Shown piece by piece: positions 16,805-26,600 of a stretch of 43,924 bases of DNA (the stretch's first letter is position 1; the number at the start of each line of letters is the position of its first letter). Under the pieces are notes generated by a model. That model saw only the letters and a list, made by a program, of their open reading frames with translations, was not told the DNA's origin and made no database searches. The DNA comes from a virus. Taxonomy: Duplodnaviria; Caudoviricetes. The stretch covers positions 1 to 43,924 of the IMG/VR virus record IMGVR_UViG_3300017769_000025, one strand, 5' to 3'. A program made the position numbers and the translations under genes.

Positions 16805-16853
16805 CTTTAATTTACTTTTAATCTTTAATTTACTTTAATTTACTTTAATTTAC
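16805..16853 (-). promoter_or_regulatory. Repeat-rich unstructured SSB leader, candidate translational auto-repression operator
   Basis: mRNA GUAAAUUAAA x3, GAUUAAAA, GUAAAUUAAA directly before the AUG; parallels the UUAAA-rich T4 gene 32 operator. Confidence 0.65.
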
Positions 16854-16877
16854 CGTTTATACTTTAAACTTATAATA

Positions 16878-16905
16878 TTATATAGTCAACTTTAAAATAG
16901 TTTCA
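16878..16905 (-). promoter_or_regulatory. Bipartite promoter TGAAAC-N15-TATATAA for the ssb-primase-uvsY-uvsW operon
   Basis: Exact match to the motif also seen at 137-164 and 17031-17058. Confidence 0.7.
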
Positions 16906-16906
16906 T

Positions 16907-17025
16907 AATATGAACCTTGTTTGCGTGTCTAACCGACTTAGTTTGTGCTATTGCACCTCATTTGCTTCAGACAGGGTCCGATAATTAGTGTTCAAATATG
17001 AACTTAGTTTATCGTTTTCCATATA
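16907..17025 (-). ncRNA. Putative structured small RNA (alternatively a 24-aa sORF at 16948..17022)
   Basis: Has its own promoter (17031-17058) and is more GC-rich than its flanks. Nested stems: CGAUAA/UUAUCG enclosing GUUCA/UGAAC, and UGUCUGA/UUAGACA enclosing GUGC/GCAC. Confidence 0.4.
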
Positions 17026-17030
17026 CAATA

Positions 17031-17058
17031 TTATATATCTCTATTTGGAATAGTTTCA
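17031..17058 (-). promoter_or_regulatory. Composite promoter TGAAAC-N15-TATATAA that also contains GATATATAA
   Basis: Plus strand gtttca 17053-17058 and ttatatatc 17031-17039. Confidence 0.65.
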
Positions 17059-17102
17059 ACCATATAGGCTAAAAACTTTTTTTAATTTTTTTTTATATTT
17101 TC

Positions 17103-17131
17103 TGAAACAAAATAGCTAGCGGGCTATATAA
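17103..17131 (+). promoter_or_regulatory. Plus-strand promoter TGAAAC-N16-TATATAA, antisense to the resolvase gene
   Basis: tgaaac 17103-17108 and tatataa 17125-17131. Confidence 0.5.
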
Positions 17132-17147
17132 CTTAAGTATTTAAGCC

Positions 17148-17804
17148 TCAGGGAAGATTAGGTTCTAAGGTTCTCATTAAAGAGTTTAAGTAAAAAGCGT
17201 CGACTAAGTCATCAAAGGGCTTTGGGATAGACTTACCGAATTCAACAGTTTTAGCGAACTTCCAGAAATTTGTCTCCTCGAGAAATTTTTCACCTGTAGA
17301 ATTATTTATAAAAACTTCCCATAAAGCAAGCTTATTCATATTACCTTTACCCGCATGTTTTTTAATCGTTGAAGGAGCAATTGTTAAAATGTCTTCGGGC
17401 TTAAAGTATTTGAGAAGTTTAATTTTAAGAATAGATGCAGCTGCTGCCATATCAATAATATTATTAGTCCCAGCAGAACTACCATAAGATACCCCTTCAA
17501 ATGCTATTTTAAAAGAGTCTTCTTTATCTATATGTTTTGTAATTAATTCGATAATATCATTTGACATAATATCATATCGCTTAATTTTTGCGAGCTCAAC
17601 ACTAGAATAATCAACGTGAGTTTCCCAATCAGGTTGAAAAACAAGAGTAACACCTTCTATTAAGGCCAAGTCTTCTTGCATTTTAATAGCCTTCTTTGTG
17701 CCTGTCTTTTTTAAATAAGAAATAAAATGATATTGTTCTGTGTTACTATTAAAAACACAAATACCTGGAGAATTTAAAGAAAAATCAATTGTGATAAAAT
17801 TCAT
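17148..17804 (-). CDS. ruvC: RuvC-like Holliday junction resolvase
   Basis: Start re-assigned to ATG 17804 (MNFITIDFSLNSPG). Catalytic-type motifs IDFS, AFEG, PSTIKK..GKGN..K and DDLVDAF. Confidence 0.85.
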   Translation of the reverse strand: MNFITIDFSLNSPGICVFNSNTEQYHFISYLKKTGTKKAIKMQEDLALIEGVTLVFQPDWETHVDYSSVELAKIKRYDIMSNDIIELITKHIDKEDSFKIAFEGVSYGSSAGTNNIIDMAAAASILKIKLLKYFKPEDILTIAPSTIKKHAGKGNMNKLALWEVFINNSTGEKFLEETNFWKFAKTVEFGKSIPKPFDDLVDAFYLNSLMRTLEPNLP

Positions 17805-17805
17805 A

Positions 17806-18174
17806 TTAAAAACCTTTACCCATTGAAGCGCCGATTGCAGTTCCAACAAGTCTTGAAGTTAATAAATCATATAGAATACCCTTTTGAACACCTAATACCT
17901 TAGCTATCATTTTGCCCATAGACTTTCCTAAAGCAAAGCCTGTAAGACCTCCGATAATAGAACCAAATAAACCTTCATTTGTCATTTCGTTATTAAATCT
18001 ATTAATATCTAGATTTCCATCCTCATTTCTATATTCATTTAAAAAAGAATCTACTGCTTGATCTACTTTTTCTTCTAATTCAGGAGTCCATTCCTGTTGA
18101 AGACCTTCTGTTAAAAGTTCCATCTCCTTTTCAGTGACTCTGTTTTCTTCTAAATATTCTATAAATGTTTTCAT
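17806..18174 (-). CDS. Virion protein with capsid-targeting leader, acidic pro-region and a C-terminal glycine-zipper hydrophobic segment
   Basis: MKTFIEYLEE leader, then NE|GLFGSIIGGLTGFALGKSMG...VGTAIGASMG (GxxxG repeats). GATATATAA at 18178-18186. Confidence 0.65.
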   Translation of the reverse strand: MKTFIEYLEENRVTEKEMELLTEGLQQEWTPELEEKVDQAVDSFLNEYRNEDGNLDINRFNNEMTNEGLFGSIIGGLTGFALGKSMGKMIAKVLGVQKGILYDLLTSRLVGTAIGASMGKGF

Positions 18175-18188
18175 AAGTTATATATCTT

Positions 18189-18740
18189 TTAATCTACGTC
18201 AATTTTAATATGAAACTTGTTATAGTAGAAATTTAAGTCAAATGTATTAAATTCTGCAACATTTTCTGCCATATTTAAGTTTAACTCGCTTATTTGATTT
18301 AATATAGGCTTTTCAAAGGTAATATTAGCAAGTATTAAATCTTCAGCATCTAATATGCCTAATTTTAAATCATTAAGATGTTTTTGTTTAGTAGTAGGCG
18401 CATAATAATATAACAAAATATCTGTCATCATCCAGTAGTTAATATAACCATCCATTAATTGCATAGTTACAGTAAACTGTCTGGTAATTGTATTTTGAAT
18501 TGGCACCTTTCCTCTAAAATAACGAACAGTTCCATCGTTATCTGCTTGGCTTACTGGATCGAATGTAATTCCTGGTAAATTAATAGACTGAATTCCATAA
18601 TTAATAAAATCAATAGGGTCTTCGAATAAGTTACCTGGGATTTTATTCAAATAAGGCTTATACTTATCTACAATTTCCTGCGGTACAAATTTCCTAGGAA
18701 ACCTAAAATCAAATGAATTATTTCTACTATCTAAAATCAT
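18189..18740 (-). CDS. Tail tube-fold protein (gp3-like tail completion/terminator)
   Basis: IQSINLPGITF, FTVTMQLMDGYINYW and a terminal FDLNFYY strand resemble the T4 gp3/gp19 family. Confidence 0.55.
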   Translation of the reverse strand: MILDSRNNSFDFRFPRKFVPQEIVDKYKPYLNKIPGNLFEDPIDFINYGIQSINLPGITFDPVSQADNDGTVRYFRGKVPIQNTITRQFTVTMQLMDGYINYWMMTDILLYYYAPTTKQKHLNDLKLGILDAEDLILANITFEKPILNQISELNLNMAENVAEFNTFDLNFYYNKFHIKIDVD

Positions 18741-20728
18741 ATTGCTGAGTATTCACCTTTAAATACCATAGTTTCAGTGCTACCATTATCTATTGAAATA
18801 TAGTACTTTTTATTATTTAAACCTTGTAATTTAGTAGCATTAGCTTTATCTATTTTAAATAATACCTCGCCTTTAGATAAATCAACATCTTTAAAACTTG
18901 TAATATTGTTAAAGTAAATTCCATCAGCAAAATTAAGTCTAACATTTTTTAAGTTAGTAAATGAAACAGATTTTCTTTCTCCTCCGTCTATTTTTGAAAT
19001 ACTAAACTTAATATATGTGTCAAATGGAGATATTTCTAAACCATTATCATTGTTAATAGATGTAATTTGCCCATCGTCAATCGTTACATTACCAACATTT
19101 ACAACAACATTTAATCTTTCAACAAACGCAGGTGCATATTTTACCTGAGCTTTAGGTAAACTAGAATTAACCACCTGTGCAGCATTTCTCGTAGCTTGTA
19201 AATTTGGAAGAGTATTATAAACTCTAGTTAAATTAGCACTTGATGCTATATTTACTTTCATCATTCTCTTGCCATACTTAGGCGCGTTGTTACCAATTAA
19301 ACTTCCTCTTTTTACAATTTGAGTATTATCAGTTTGATTATAAATTCTCATTGTTACGTCAATCATAAAACTTGCAGCGTTATTTGCATTTTTTATAATA
19401 GGTCTAAATTGAATTGGCTCTTCAAAATCTTGTGTTTGTGTAATTGAAGTCGCATAAGTCTCTATAAAACTTGTACCTATTTGTTCATTTACTATAATAT
19501 CAAATATAACTGAAATATCATCAGAGCTTGTTGATATTCTATTAATAATATAAGCCTCAAAATCAGCAGCACTATTGTCTTTTTCACCATATATTTCAAA
19601 GTAGTCCCCATCAGTTGCCTCTTCTACAACAACTGTAAAATCTTGGAATTCATCTTCTTTAGCAACTATAAAATTAGTTTCTTCTCCTGTATAAATATAA
19701 TCAATACCAGCCGTATCTTCTATGTTGTCAATTAACTTTAAAGAAATATCATAATTTGAAGTAGCATCTAAATCACTAGCGCCGGCTCCATTGTCATAAA
19801 ATAAATCTTCAAAATCACTATATTGACTCTTTAATGTTGGTAATTTAATTTCTATAAAATTACTATATAAAGTTTCACTTAAAATAAAAGGTCTAGGATT
19901 TTTAATTTCAAAACTTGAAGTGTTTAAATAAACAGTTTGTGTTAAAAAGTTTTGAACTCCTGAAGTTCTATTAGTTTTTACTTCGAATAAAAAACCTTCA
20001 TAGCCTCTTGCTGCAAAACTAAAACCACTTCTTAAATGAAGTCTTACTTTATCATATTTAATAGTATTAACAACATTAGTCGCATTAGTTTGACTAGTTA
20101 ATAAATCTGCTGAATCAGAACCATTCCACTCAACGCTGTCTATAAATATGTCTGTGCTATCTAAAAGAGCGTATTTATTTTCATTAATTTTTACAGCATG
20201 GTATCTTTCAATACTGCCAGAACCTGTTACTATACTGTTTCCAGTTTCTTCATCGGGAGTAGCAAATAATGGATTTGCAACATTACCTACAGTTACTTTA
20301 CCACCTATATAATTAGTTAATTTATATTCGTAATTACCTGTATTTGCAGGAATATAAACAAATGTTGTTCCAACTAAACCTGCGCCATTGTTAGTGCCTG
20401 TAATTGAAAAATCAGCAGGAGTAGAAAGTGCGCTTAAATTAAATTTATAAGTTTTACCAGCTTCTAATAATAAAGTTCTTGCAGCAAATCCTTCAACTGC
20501 AACATATGCACCATCTTCGGTTACATCAAAATTTACTACTAAACTACCAAGCTCATGTATAAGATGTCTTGCTTGAGTTGAATCTCCTTGAACAGTGTCT
20601 AATATTTTTATCTCACTACCATTATCATCTACTTCTATTTCATAAGAAGAAGGATCAGATTGATCGTGATAGATAACCTCTAAGAGTATATCATCATCAA
20701 TTTTATAATATCTTGAACTTTCTGCCAT
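18737..20728 (-). CDS. Putative virion structural protein
   Basis: Beta-rich 663 aa in the structural block, with an inserted small beta-sandwich-like segment (LLLEAGKTYKFNLS...GGKVTV). GATAAATAA lies 3 nt before the ATG. Confidence 0.5.
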   Translation of the reverse strand: MAESSRYYKIDDDILLEVIYHDQSDPSSYEIEVDDNGSEIKILDTVQGDSTQARHLIHELGSLVVNFDVTEDGAYVAVEGFAARTLLLEAGKTYKFNLSALSTPADFSITGTNNGAGLVGTTFVYIPANTGNYEYKLTNYIGGKVTVGNVANPLFATPDEETGNSIVTGSGSIERYHAVKINENKYALLDSTDIFIDSVEWNGSDSADLLTSQTNATNVVNTIKYDKVRLHLRSGFSFAARGYEGFLFEVKTNRTSGVQNFLTQTVYLNTSSFEIKNPRPFILSETLYSNFIEIKLPTLKSQYSDFEDLFYDNGAGASDLDATSNYDISLKLIDNIEDTAGIDYIYTGEETNFIVAKEDEFQDFTVVVEEATDGDYFEIYGEKDNSAADFEAYIINRISTSSDDISVIFDIIVNEQIGTSFIETYATSITQTQDFEEPIQFRPIIKNANNAASFMIDVTMRIYNQTDNTQIVKRGSLIGNNAPKYGKRMMKVNIASSANLTRVYNTLPNLQATRNAAQVVNSSLPKAQVKYAPAFVERLNVVVNVGNVTIDDGQITSINNDNGLEISPFDTYIKFSISKIDGGERKSVSFTNLKNVRLNFADGIYFNNITSFKDVDLSKGEVLFKIDKANATKLQGLNNKKYYISIDNGSTETMVFKGEYSAI

Positions 20729-20731
20729 AAT

Positions 20732-21529
20732 TTATTTATCTCTTTTAAAATTAAACAATTTTGGTGTATATGTTAAAAACACTCCAACCTGTGGTCCATG
20801 ATATACTAAATTGCCAGTAGTAAATGTTACACCATAACCTAAACCTAAGCCTAATCTAACTCTACTTTTATTTTCTTCTTTTGCTTTATTTATCTCATCT
20901 TCAATGAGACTAATTCCTTCAATATTATTAAACGTTAATCCTGGATATTTTGTAGCAATACTAATTTTTTTAATGCCATCAATTTCCTCAACGCTTGAGT
21001 ATAGTTTAATTCCTTGTTCATAACTAAAACTATTTAGAGCACCTGTTAATTTATTATCTTTTTCAAATAAACTAATTTTACTATTCCACTTTCTCCAGTT
21101 ACCATCTCCATAATCAGTAGAATCATTAAAATATAAAACTGAATCGCTTTCAATAAATGCATAAACAGTATCAACTTCCTTAATGCTAATTTCAGCACTT
21201 AATAATTGATTTACTCTTTTAAGTTTTTTAATATCTCCCAACGCATCTTCATACTTTGTATATAAATCATTTGCTTCATTTTTTAATTCATTTGCTGTAA
21301 ATTCATATGCTGTAATTTCACTAACTAAAAAGTTATTTTTATTCTTATAATATTTAACACTATCTTGACTAGCAATAACATTTGCCTCAACTCTCTCTAC
21401 TTTTTTCTCTAAACCACCATTTATGGCTTTTATTTTAGCAGTTCTATTACATTGATGCATTAATAGAAGAATAAGAACTAAAATAACCGATATGAAATGA
21501 ATTGGTTTTATTTCTAAGCTTTTAAACAT
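20732..21529 (-). CDS. Spanin-like membrane-anchored protein
   Basis: N-terminal hydrophobic helix ending MHQC, coiled-coil segments, and a C-terminal amphipathic beta-hairpin RLGLGLGYGV...GPQVGVFLTY. Confidence 0.45.
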   Translation of the reverse strand: MFKSLEIKPIHFISVILVLILLLMHQCNRTAKIKAINGGLEKKVERVEANVIASQDSVKYYKNKNNFLVSEITAYEFTANELKNEANDLYTKYEDALGDIKKLKRVNQLLSAEISIKEVDTVYAFIESDSVLYFNDSTDYGDGNWRKWNSKISLFEKDNKLTGALNSFSYEQGIKLYSSVEEIDGIKKISIATKYPGLTFNNIEGISLIEDEINKAKEENKSRVRLGLGLGYGVTFTTGNLVYHGPQVGVFLTYTPKLFNFKRDK

Positions 21530-21559
21530 TTAATTTTTTTATTTTTAAAGTACTAGCCA

Positions 21560-23602
21560 TTACCCATCACTATCATCATCGTCTGATGAACTATCATCTG
21601 TAGGGTTGTTAATACTACCAGCATTTACAATTCTATTATATGAATCCCAGTCAGTTTGCATCGTAAAACTAAAATTAAATACAACTGGAATTCCTGTGCT
21701 CACCCATGCTGGAGCAAAACCTAATGTAAATATATCATTTTGTAAACCACCGGTACTACTAAAACCAGGGTTCATAGCATCATATACTATTGCTATTTCA
21801 TTTCTATTAGCAGGTATAATTCCTTTAAGACGTATAATGTCTCTAAATGCACTCAAACCAACGTCAGAAGAATTAAGGCCAGACTTTGGGTTTTGAAATG
21901 TATCTATATTAAAAGGCTGTCCACCATAAGATATAGTTTCAGTTCCATCACCTGTCCCAACCATTGCAGCATAACCTGATGAATTGCCTTCATACCCTCC
22001 TAGACTTATGTCGACAATACATGGTGAACCTGAATTATTTAAGTATGGGAACTTATTGCTGTTATTTAAGTCTATAACAATTGCCATTCTATTCTCATTA
22101 TCTGCACCATACCACCCTGCAGAACCTTGTGTACCACTTCCTTGACCAGAAACTCTCACGTGACCGTGTCCATGTATAATGTTTCCTATTTTAGTATAAC
22201 TAAAATGCCCCCAAGTACTGGAGCTATACTGAGTTTGTCCTTGAGCTACACCAAGCTCTAGAGTGGAAAGATAACTATCCCAATTGGTACCATCGTACCA
22301 TTCTTTTACGTTAGCAGTAGTTGAATCTAATTTTTTAATATGTCCTTCATCACTAGTCCATAGATTAACATCACCTGCTTCAAAATAGTCACTTAATGTT
22401 CTTTCATTTGAAGGTGTACCATTGTTTGGAGCTGGTAAAATAATATCTCCAGTTGGAGGATTTGAACCACTTCCTCCTGCTTTAAATTCAATACCATCTC
22501 CATGATCAGCCCCTGTAGTTCCAGCACCTGTCGTTCCATCATGATCGGTATTAAGCATATTAAATATAATACTTTGATAAGATGTATTTATTTGACTACT
22601 AGTAGCAAATTTAGAATTTCCTAGTACTTTTAAAGCATTTACACCATATCCAGAATTAACATTTAAAATATTTGCTTCACCTGACGATGATGCAGTTATT
22701 ACATTTTGACCAGTGGCCGTTATTTCATTTAAATCAGAAGTTAACTCATTTTTAACAACTGCTGTTAATGTAGTAGTATCAGAACTTAAATCAATTGTTC
22801 CACTTGCAGCCGTTATATCTATATCGCTAGCATTTGCTACTATATTACCCGATTCTAATTCTATATCAGAACATTCTAAATGTATAATATTATCTGAAAG
22901 AATATTTATGTCAAAAGTATCACCGCTTAAATTACCAATTGTAATGTTTCCTTGAGATGTGTTTTCAATAATTATATTACTTTGAGCTGATAGCTTAATT
23001 ACTTTAGAAGCTAATTCAATATCGTTAGGAATACTAATTGTAAAATCAGTTTGTTCTCCAAATACAGCAGATGCTCCACTAATTGTGAACTCAGTACCTG
23101 TCCCAACCTCATAGGCTGTAGACATTTTAAATTCTCTAGGATCTCCAGTTTCATTATTAGTAAAAGATAGTTGAGAAGTAACATCATTATTAGTATTAGT
23201 AGGAAGTTCAATTGTTAATAATGAAGTAGGCGCAGTAGGCGCAGTATCAATGGCAATACTAGTATCTTGCCCTATTATTACTCTAGTTCTAAAATCACTA
23301 TTGCCTCCTCCTTCAAGGTTGTAAGGTCTTAATATTGTAAAGTCATTACTACCACTTGTTAAATCATCCCTATCCCATAAATCCGCACTAGTTCCTTGTT
23401 CACCTTTGCTTCCTTCATCACCTTTGTTTCCTATTTCTCCTTTTTGACCTTTCGTGCCTGTATTGCCTGTTATCCCAGGATCTCCTTTAACCCCAGCAGG
23501 TCCACCTCCATTTGCAAGAAGCTGATCAAAGTTATAATTTATCTTATCAACTCTAATATTATCGGCATCTGCGTTAAATAATTCTTTTATATTAATTGCC
23601 AT
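21560..23602 (-). CDS. Tail fibre-like protein with collagen repeat
   Basis: DKINYNFDQL anchor helix, about a dozen Gly-X-Y triplets (GPAGVKGDPG...), beta-helix-like repeats, and a C-terminal YTKIGNIIHGHG receptor-binding-type domain. Confidence 0.7.
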   Translation of the reverse strand: MAINIKELFNADADNIRVDKINYNFDQLLANGGGPAGVKGDPGITGNTGTKGQKGEIGNKGDEGSKGEQGTSADLWDRDDLTSGSNDFTILRPYNLEGGGNSDFRTRVIIGQDTSIAIDTAPTAPTSLLTIELPTNTNNDVTSQLSFTNNETGDPREFKMSTAYEVGTGTEFTISGASAVFGEQTDFTISIPNDIELASKVIKLSAQSNIIIENTSQGNITIGNLSGDTFDINILSDNIIHLECSDIELESGNIVANASDIDITAASGTIDLSSDTTTLTAVVKNELTSDLNEITATGQNVITASSSGEANILNVNSGYGVNALKVLGNSKFATSSQINTSYQSIIFNMLNTDHDGTTGAGTTGADHGDGIEFKAGGSGSNPPTGDIILPAPNNGTPSNERTLSDYFEAGDVNLWTSDEGHIKKLDSTTANVKEWYDGTNWDSYLSTLELGVAQGQTQYSSSTWGHFSYTKIGNIIHGHGHVRVSGQGSGTQGSAGWYGADNENRMAIVIDLNNSNKFPYLNNSGSPCIVDISLGGYEGNSSGYAAMVGTGDGTETISYGGQPFNIDTFQNPKSGLNSSDVGLSAFRDIIRLKGIIPANRNEIAIVYDAMNPGFSSTGGLQNDIFTLGFAPAWVSTGIPVVFNFSFTMQTDWDSYNRIVNAGSINNPTDDSSSDDDDSDG

Positions 23603-23604
23603 TT

Positions 23605-26600
23605 TTATGCTTTTATTTTTACTAAAGGTCTGATCTCATAAGAGAAACCTAATCTTTTATTATATATTAGTCTAAAATTAAGAGGATCTTTAGGGTCTAG
23701 TTTAAAAGAATAATTATTATTAATTTCATAATTCCCAGCACCAATTGTTGATAGACTATCAGCAGCTTCTATGTTTGTTGTAATTTCTTTAGACTCTAAA
23801 ACATATAAATCTATTGAAGCAATAGAATATAAATTTAATATATTTTCAGAAATATATCCTTCAATATCATCGTCTAGTGAGTCTATTCTTCCAAAGCTAT
23901 CTTCTACATTAACATATCTTTTTATAACATTTCTAATTCCTTTATTATCTAAAAATCTAATCAACGATTTACTTAAATAAAAATCAGCTATAATTTCATT
24001 TTCAGTTTCTATAAAATTTATTTCATGTTTTGAAACGCCAGAAGATTTAATATCATTTAGTTGCTCTATGTTTTTAAATTTTCTAGAAGTAAAATCAAAA
24101 AGACTATAAGAATTTTCAGTTTTAATTACACTAGAAGCAATGTAACTTTTTTCTTCTATTATATTTTTAGTACCCGGTAGATTATTAACTTTACCACCAT
24201 CTAAACTTCTAACATAATAACTATTTTCCCACCTAGACTTAAATACATTTTTATCTTTTTTATCTATGGCTATTTCATTTATTAATTGATACTTAGGCAA
24301 TAAATCATCAGCTTCTGAAAGTTTAATTACACCTTCTGTATCTATTTCATTTACCTTATGAAAAAAGTGATTTTTAATAGTGCCCCAATTAACATCGTGG
24401 TTTTTATCCTTTATCTCTCCAACGTTGAATAAAACCCCACAGTTGTTTAATTTCTTATATAAAGCGATTGTTAAATTATTTAGATTAACGTCTGTAATAT
24501 CATAGTTGTAAACTTTATTATCATAAAACTCAGTAGTCCAATTTGTATTTATTTTATGCATTGAAAATGGTTCACTAAATGTAACAATTGGCCTCATATC
24601 AACTGAATAATTTCCATTTTGTCTTACTAAAAACGCATAATAATCTGGTCTATTTTCTATATTATAACCTATAACTTGATTAGATAATTTAAAAGATTTA
24701 GGTTTATTAGTATCTACTTCTGCATAAAGATTAGATGTCTTTATTATTTCAATACCATCGTCTATAGATAAAGAGAATCTATTTAAAGTTTCAGAGCCTT
24801 CTTCATCGACACTAATATATTCTACCTTATTTGTATTGTTAAATAAATTAGCAACATTTCCCGCAGATAATAATTCTAAAATAGCCTTATGTGCAAATAC
24901 TCCACCAGATGAATATTCATACATCGCGGCTTTATAATCGTTTTCTGAGTAATATTGAGAAGGTTGAACCACTGAAGGATTGCCTATTCTTAAACCACCT
25001 TTTACTTTTAATTCATTATCACTCACAACATCAATTACTGTTAAAGAATATGTTAAACCTCCTATTGTTATAAACAAATCATTATATGTTCCAGTAATAG
25101 GATCTTTTAATATTTGTGTAGTAAAATTAGGCTGTGAACCATCTAGTGCAGTTATGCCACTTACAGTAGTTGTAGCAGGAGTTAAATTAATAGAACTTAG
25201 ATCTAATGCTCCTGAAATAAGACTATTTGCAAAAGCACCATTGTCTATTTTATGGTCTAATTCATATAATAATTTTCTATTTAAGAATTTATAATTTGTA
25301 TCACTTAATGAAAGATCTAACACTAAAGTAATTGTTTTAAATTTTAAATTTTCAATAACCTTTACGTCTAAAGAATTTGGAGAATTTTCATCAAATGTAG
25401 TAATTAAACAAGCTGAAAATTTATACCCATTAAATTCAGAGTTTTTTATAAACTCTTTAGTTAATTCTTGGCTTAATTCTTTTCTAATTTTAGGAGTAAA
25501 TTTTAAACCTTTAAATATAGTTGAAGCAAACCCTTGTTGACTTCCTCCATCAATTATTGAATATTTTTTAGAAACACTGCTTTTATTAAAAGTAGAATTA
25601 AGTTTAATATCAAAACGACCATTACTTAAAAAATAAGAACTAAAATAGTCAAAACTAACAGATTTTAAATCATTTATATTTATACTTACATCATTTGCTA
25701 AATTAATATAACTAAATAGATCATTATTATTTTTAACGTCTACATATGAAGGTAGTTTATCAATATAAAACCACTCATGTGTCATTTTATTAACATCTCT
25801 GCCTTCAACTTCTAAATTAGGAGAGAAGTTAGATTCCCCAAACGCTTCATTTACGTTTAAATAATATGGATTTTCTCTAACATTTTTAGAATCTTTTAAA
25901 CACCATTTATTTATAGTAGGTATAATTCTAGAAATAGTTGAAAATTCAGTAGTATAGTTTTCTTTTAGTCTATCATACTCGCTATATATTTTTTCTAAAG
26001 TAGATTCTTCTGTTTTTTCATCATTTAATAAAGGCACTAATCCTGAAAAATATTCTAGACTGCCTTTATTTAAAGCTTCTAAATCACTATATGCAGCCGG
26101 AGTATTTGAAGAGTTTGGATATGTAAAATCGTCTTCTAATTCAAGTTCTTTTAAATTAGAATTAGAAGTATCATAAAAATCAAAATTAAAATCATAAATG
26201 TCGTATGCACTAAACATGCCCCATTCTAGTTTAAAATCTCTATAAACGTTTGAAATTCCACCAATTGCTTTATTTTTATTTTCTAATATTAATAAACTAA
26301 ACTCAGAATCAATAGTTCTAGAGTCTTCAACAATATCTATTATTTTATTAAAGGAATTATCTTTATCTATTAAACATTCACCTATGTTTATTTGACTAAC
26401 ATCGTCTTTTTTAACATAAATAGATTCGTTTAAATTACTTCCTCCTTTTAAAAGGTACGCAGATTGAGATAATAAATGTGTATTGGAAATGTTTAAAGAA
26501 TTAGTAACATCTTCTCCTTTTTCTATTTCTAAAAATTGAGTATTTCCTGTTTTAAACAAGAAAGCTGCTAATTTTCTATTGTAACCTTTTATTGGAGACT

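Noticed and set aside
16805-16853. Possible CRISPR or mini-array
   Set aside because: The 10-nt repeats abut each other without spacers and no cas genes are present. The polyprotein repeats are different pairs enclosing coding modules, not a CRISPR array.
16926-16973. Hammerhead-ribozyme-like look (CUGA...AUGAG-stem-AAAC)
   Set aside because: The required CUGANGA and GAAA core is not intact (AAAUGAG and CAAAC instead).
9897-17849. Longer ORF-track starts at 10394, 10581, 11842 and 17849 (also 2505)
   Set aside because: Most overlap upstream genes. Downstream ATGs coincide with the targeting leader, the RuvC first strand or TAATG coupling.
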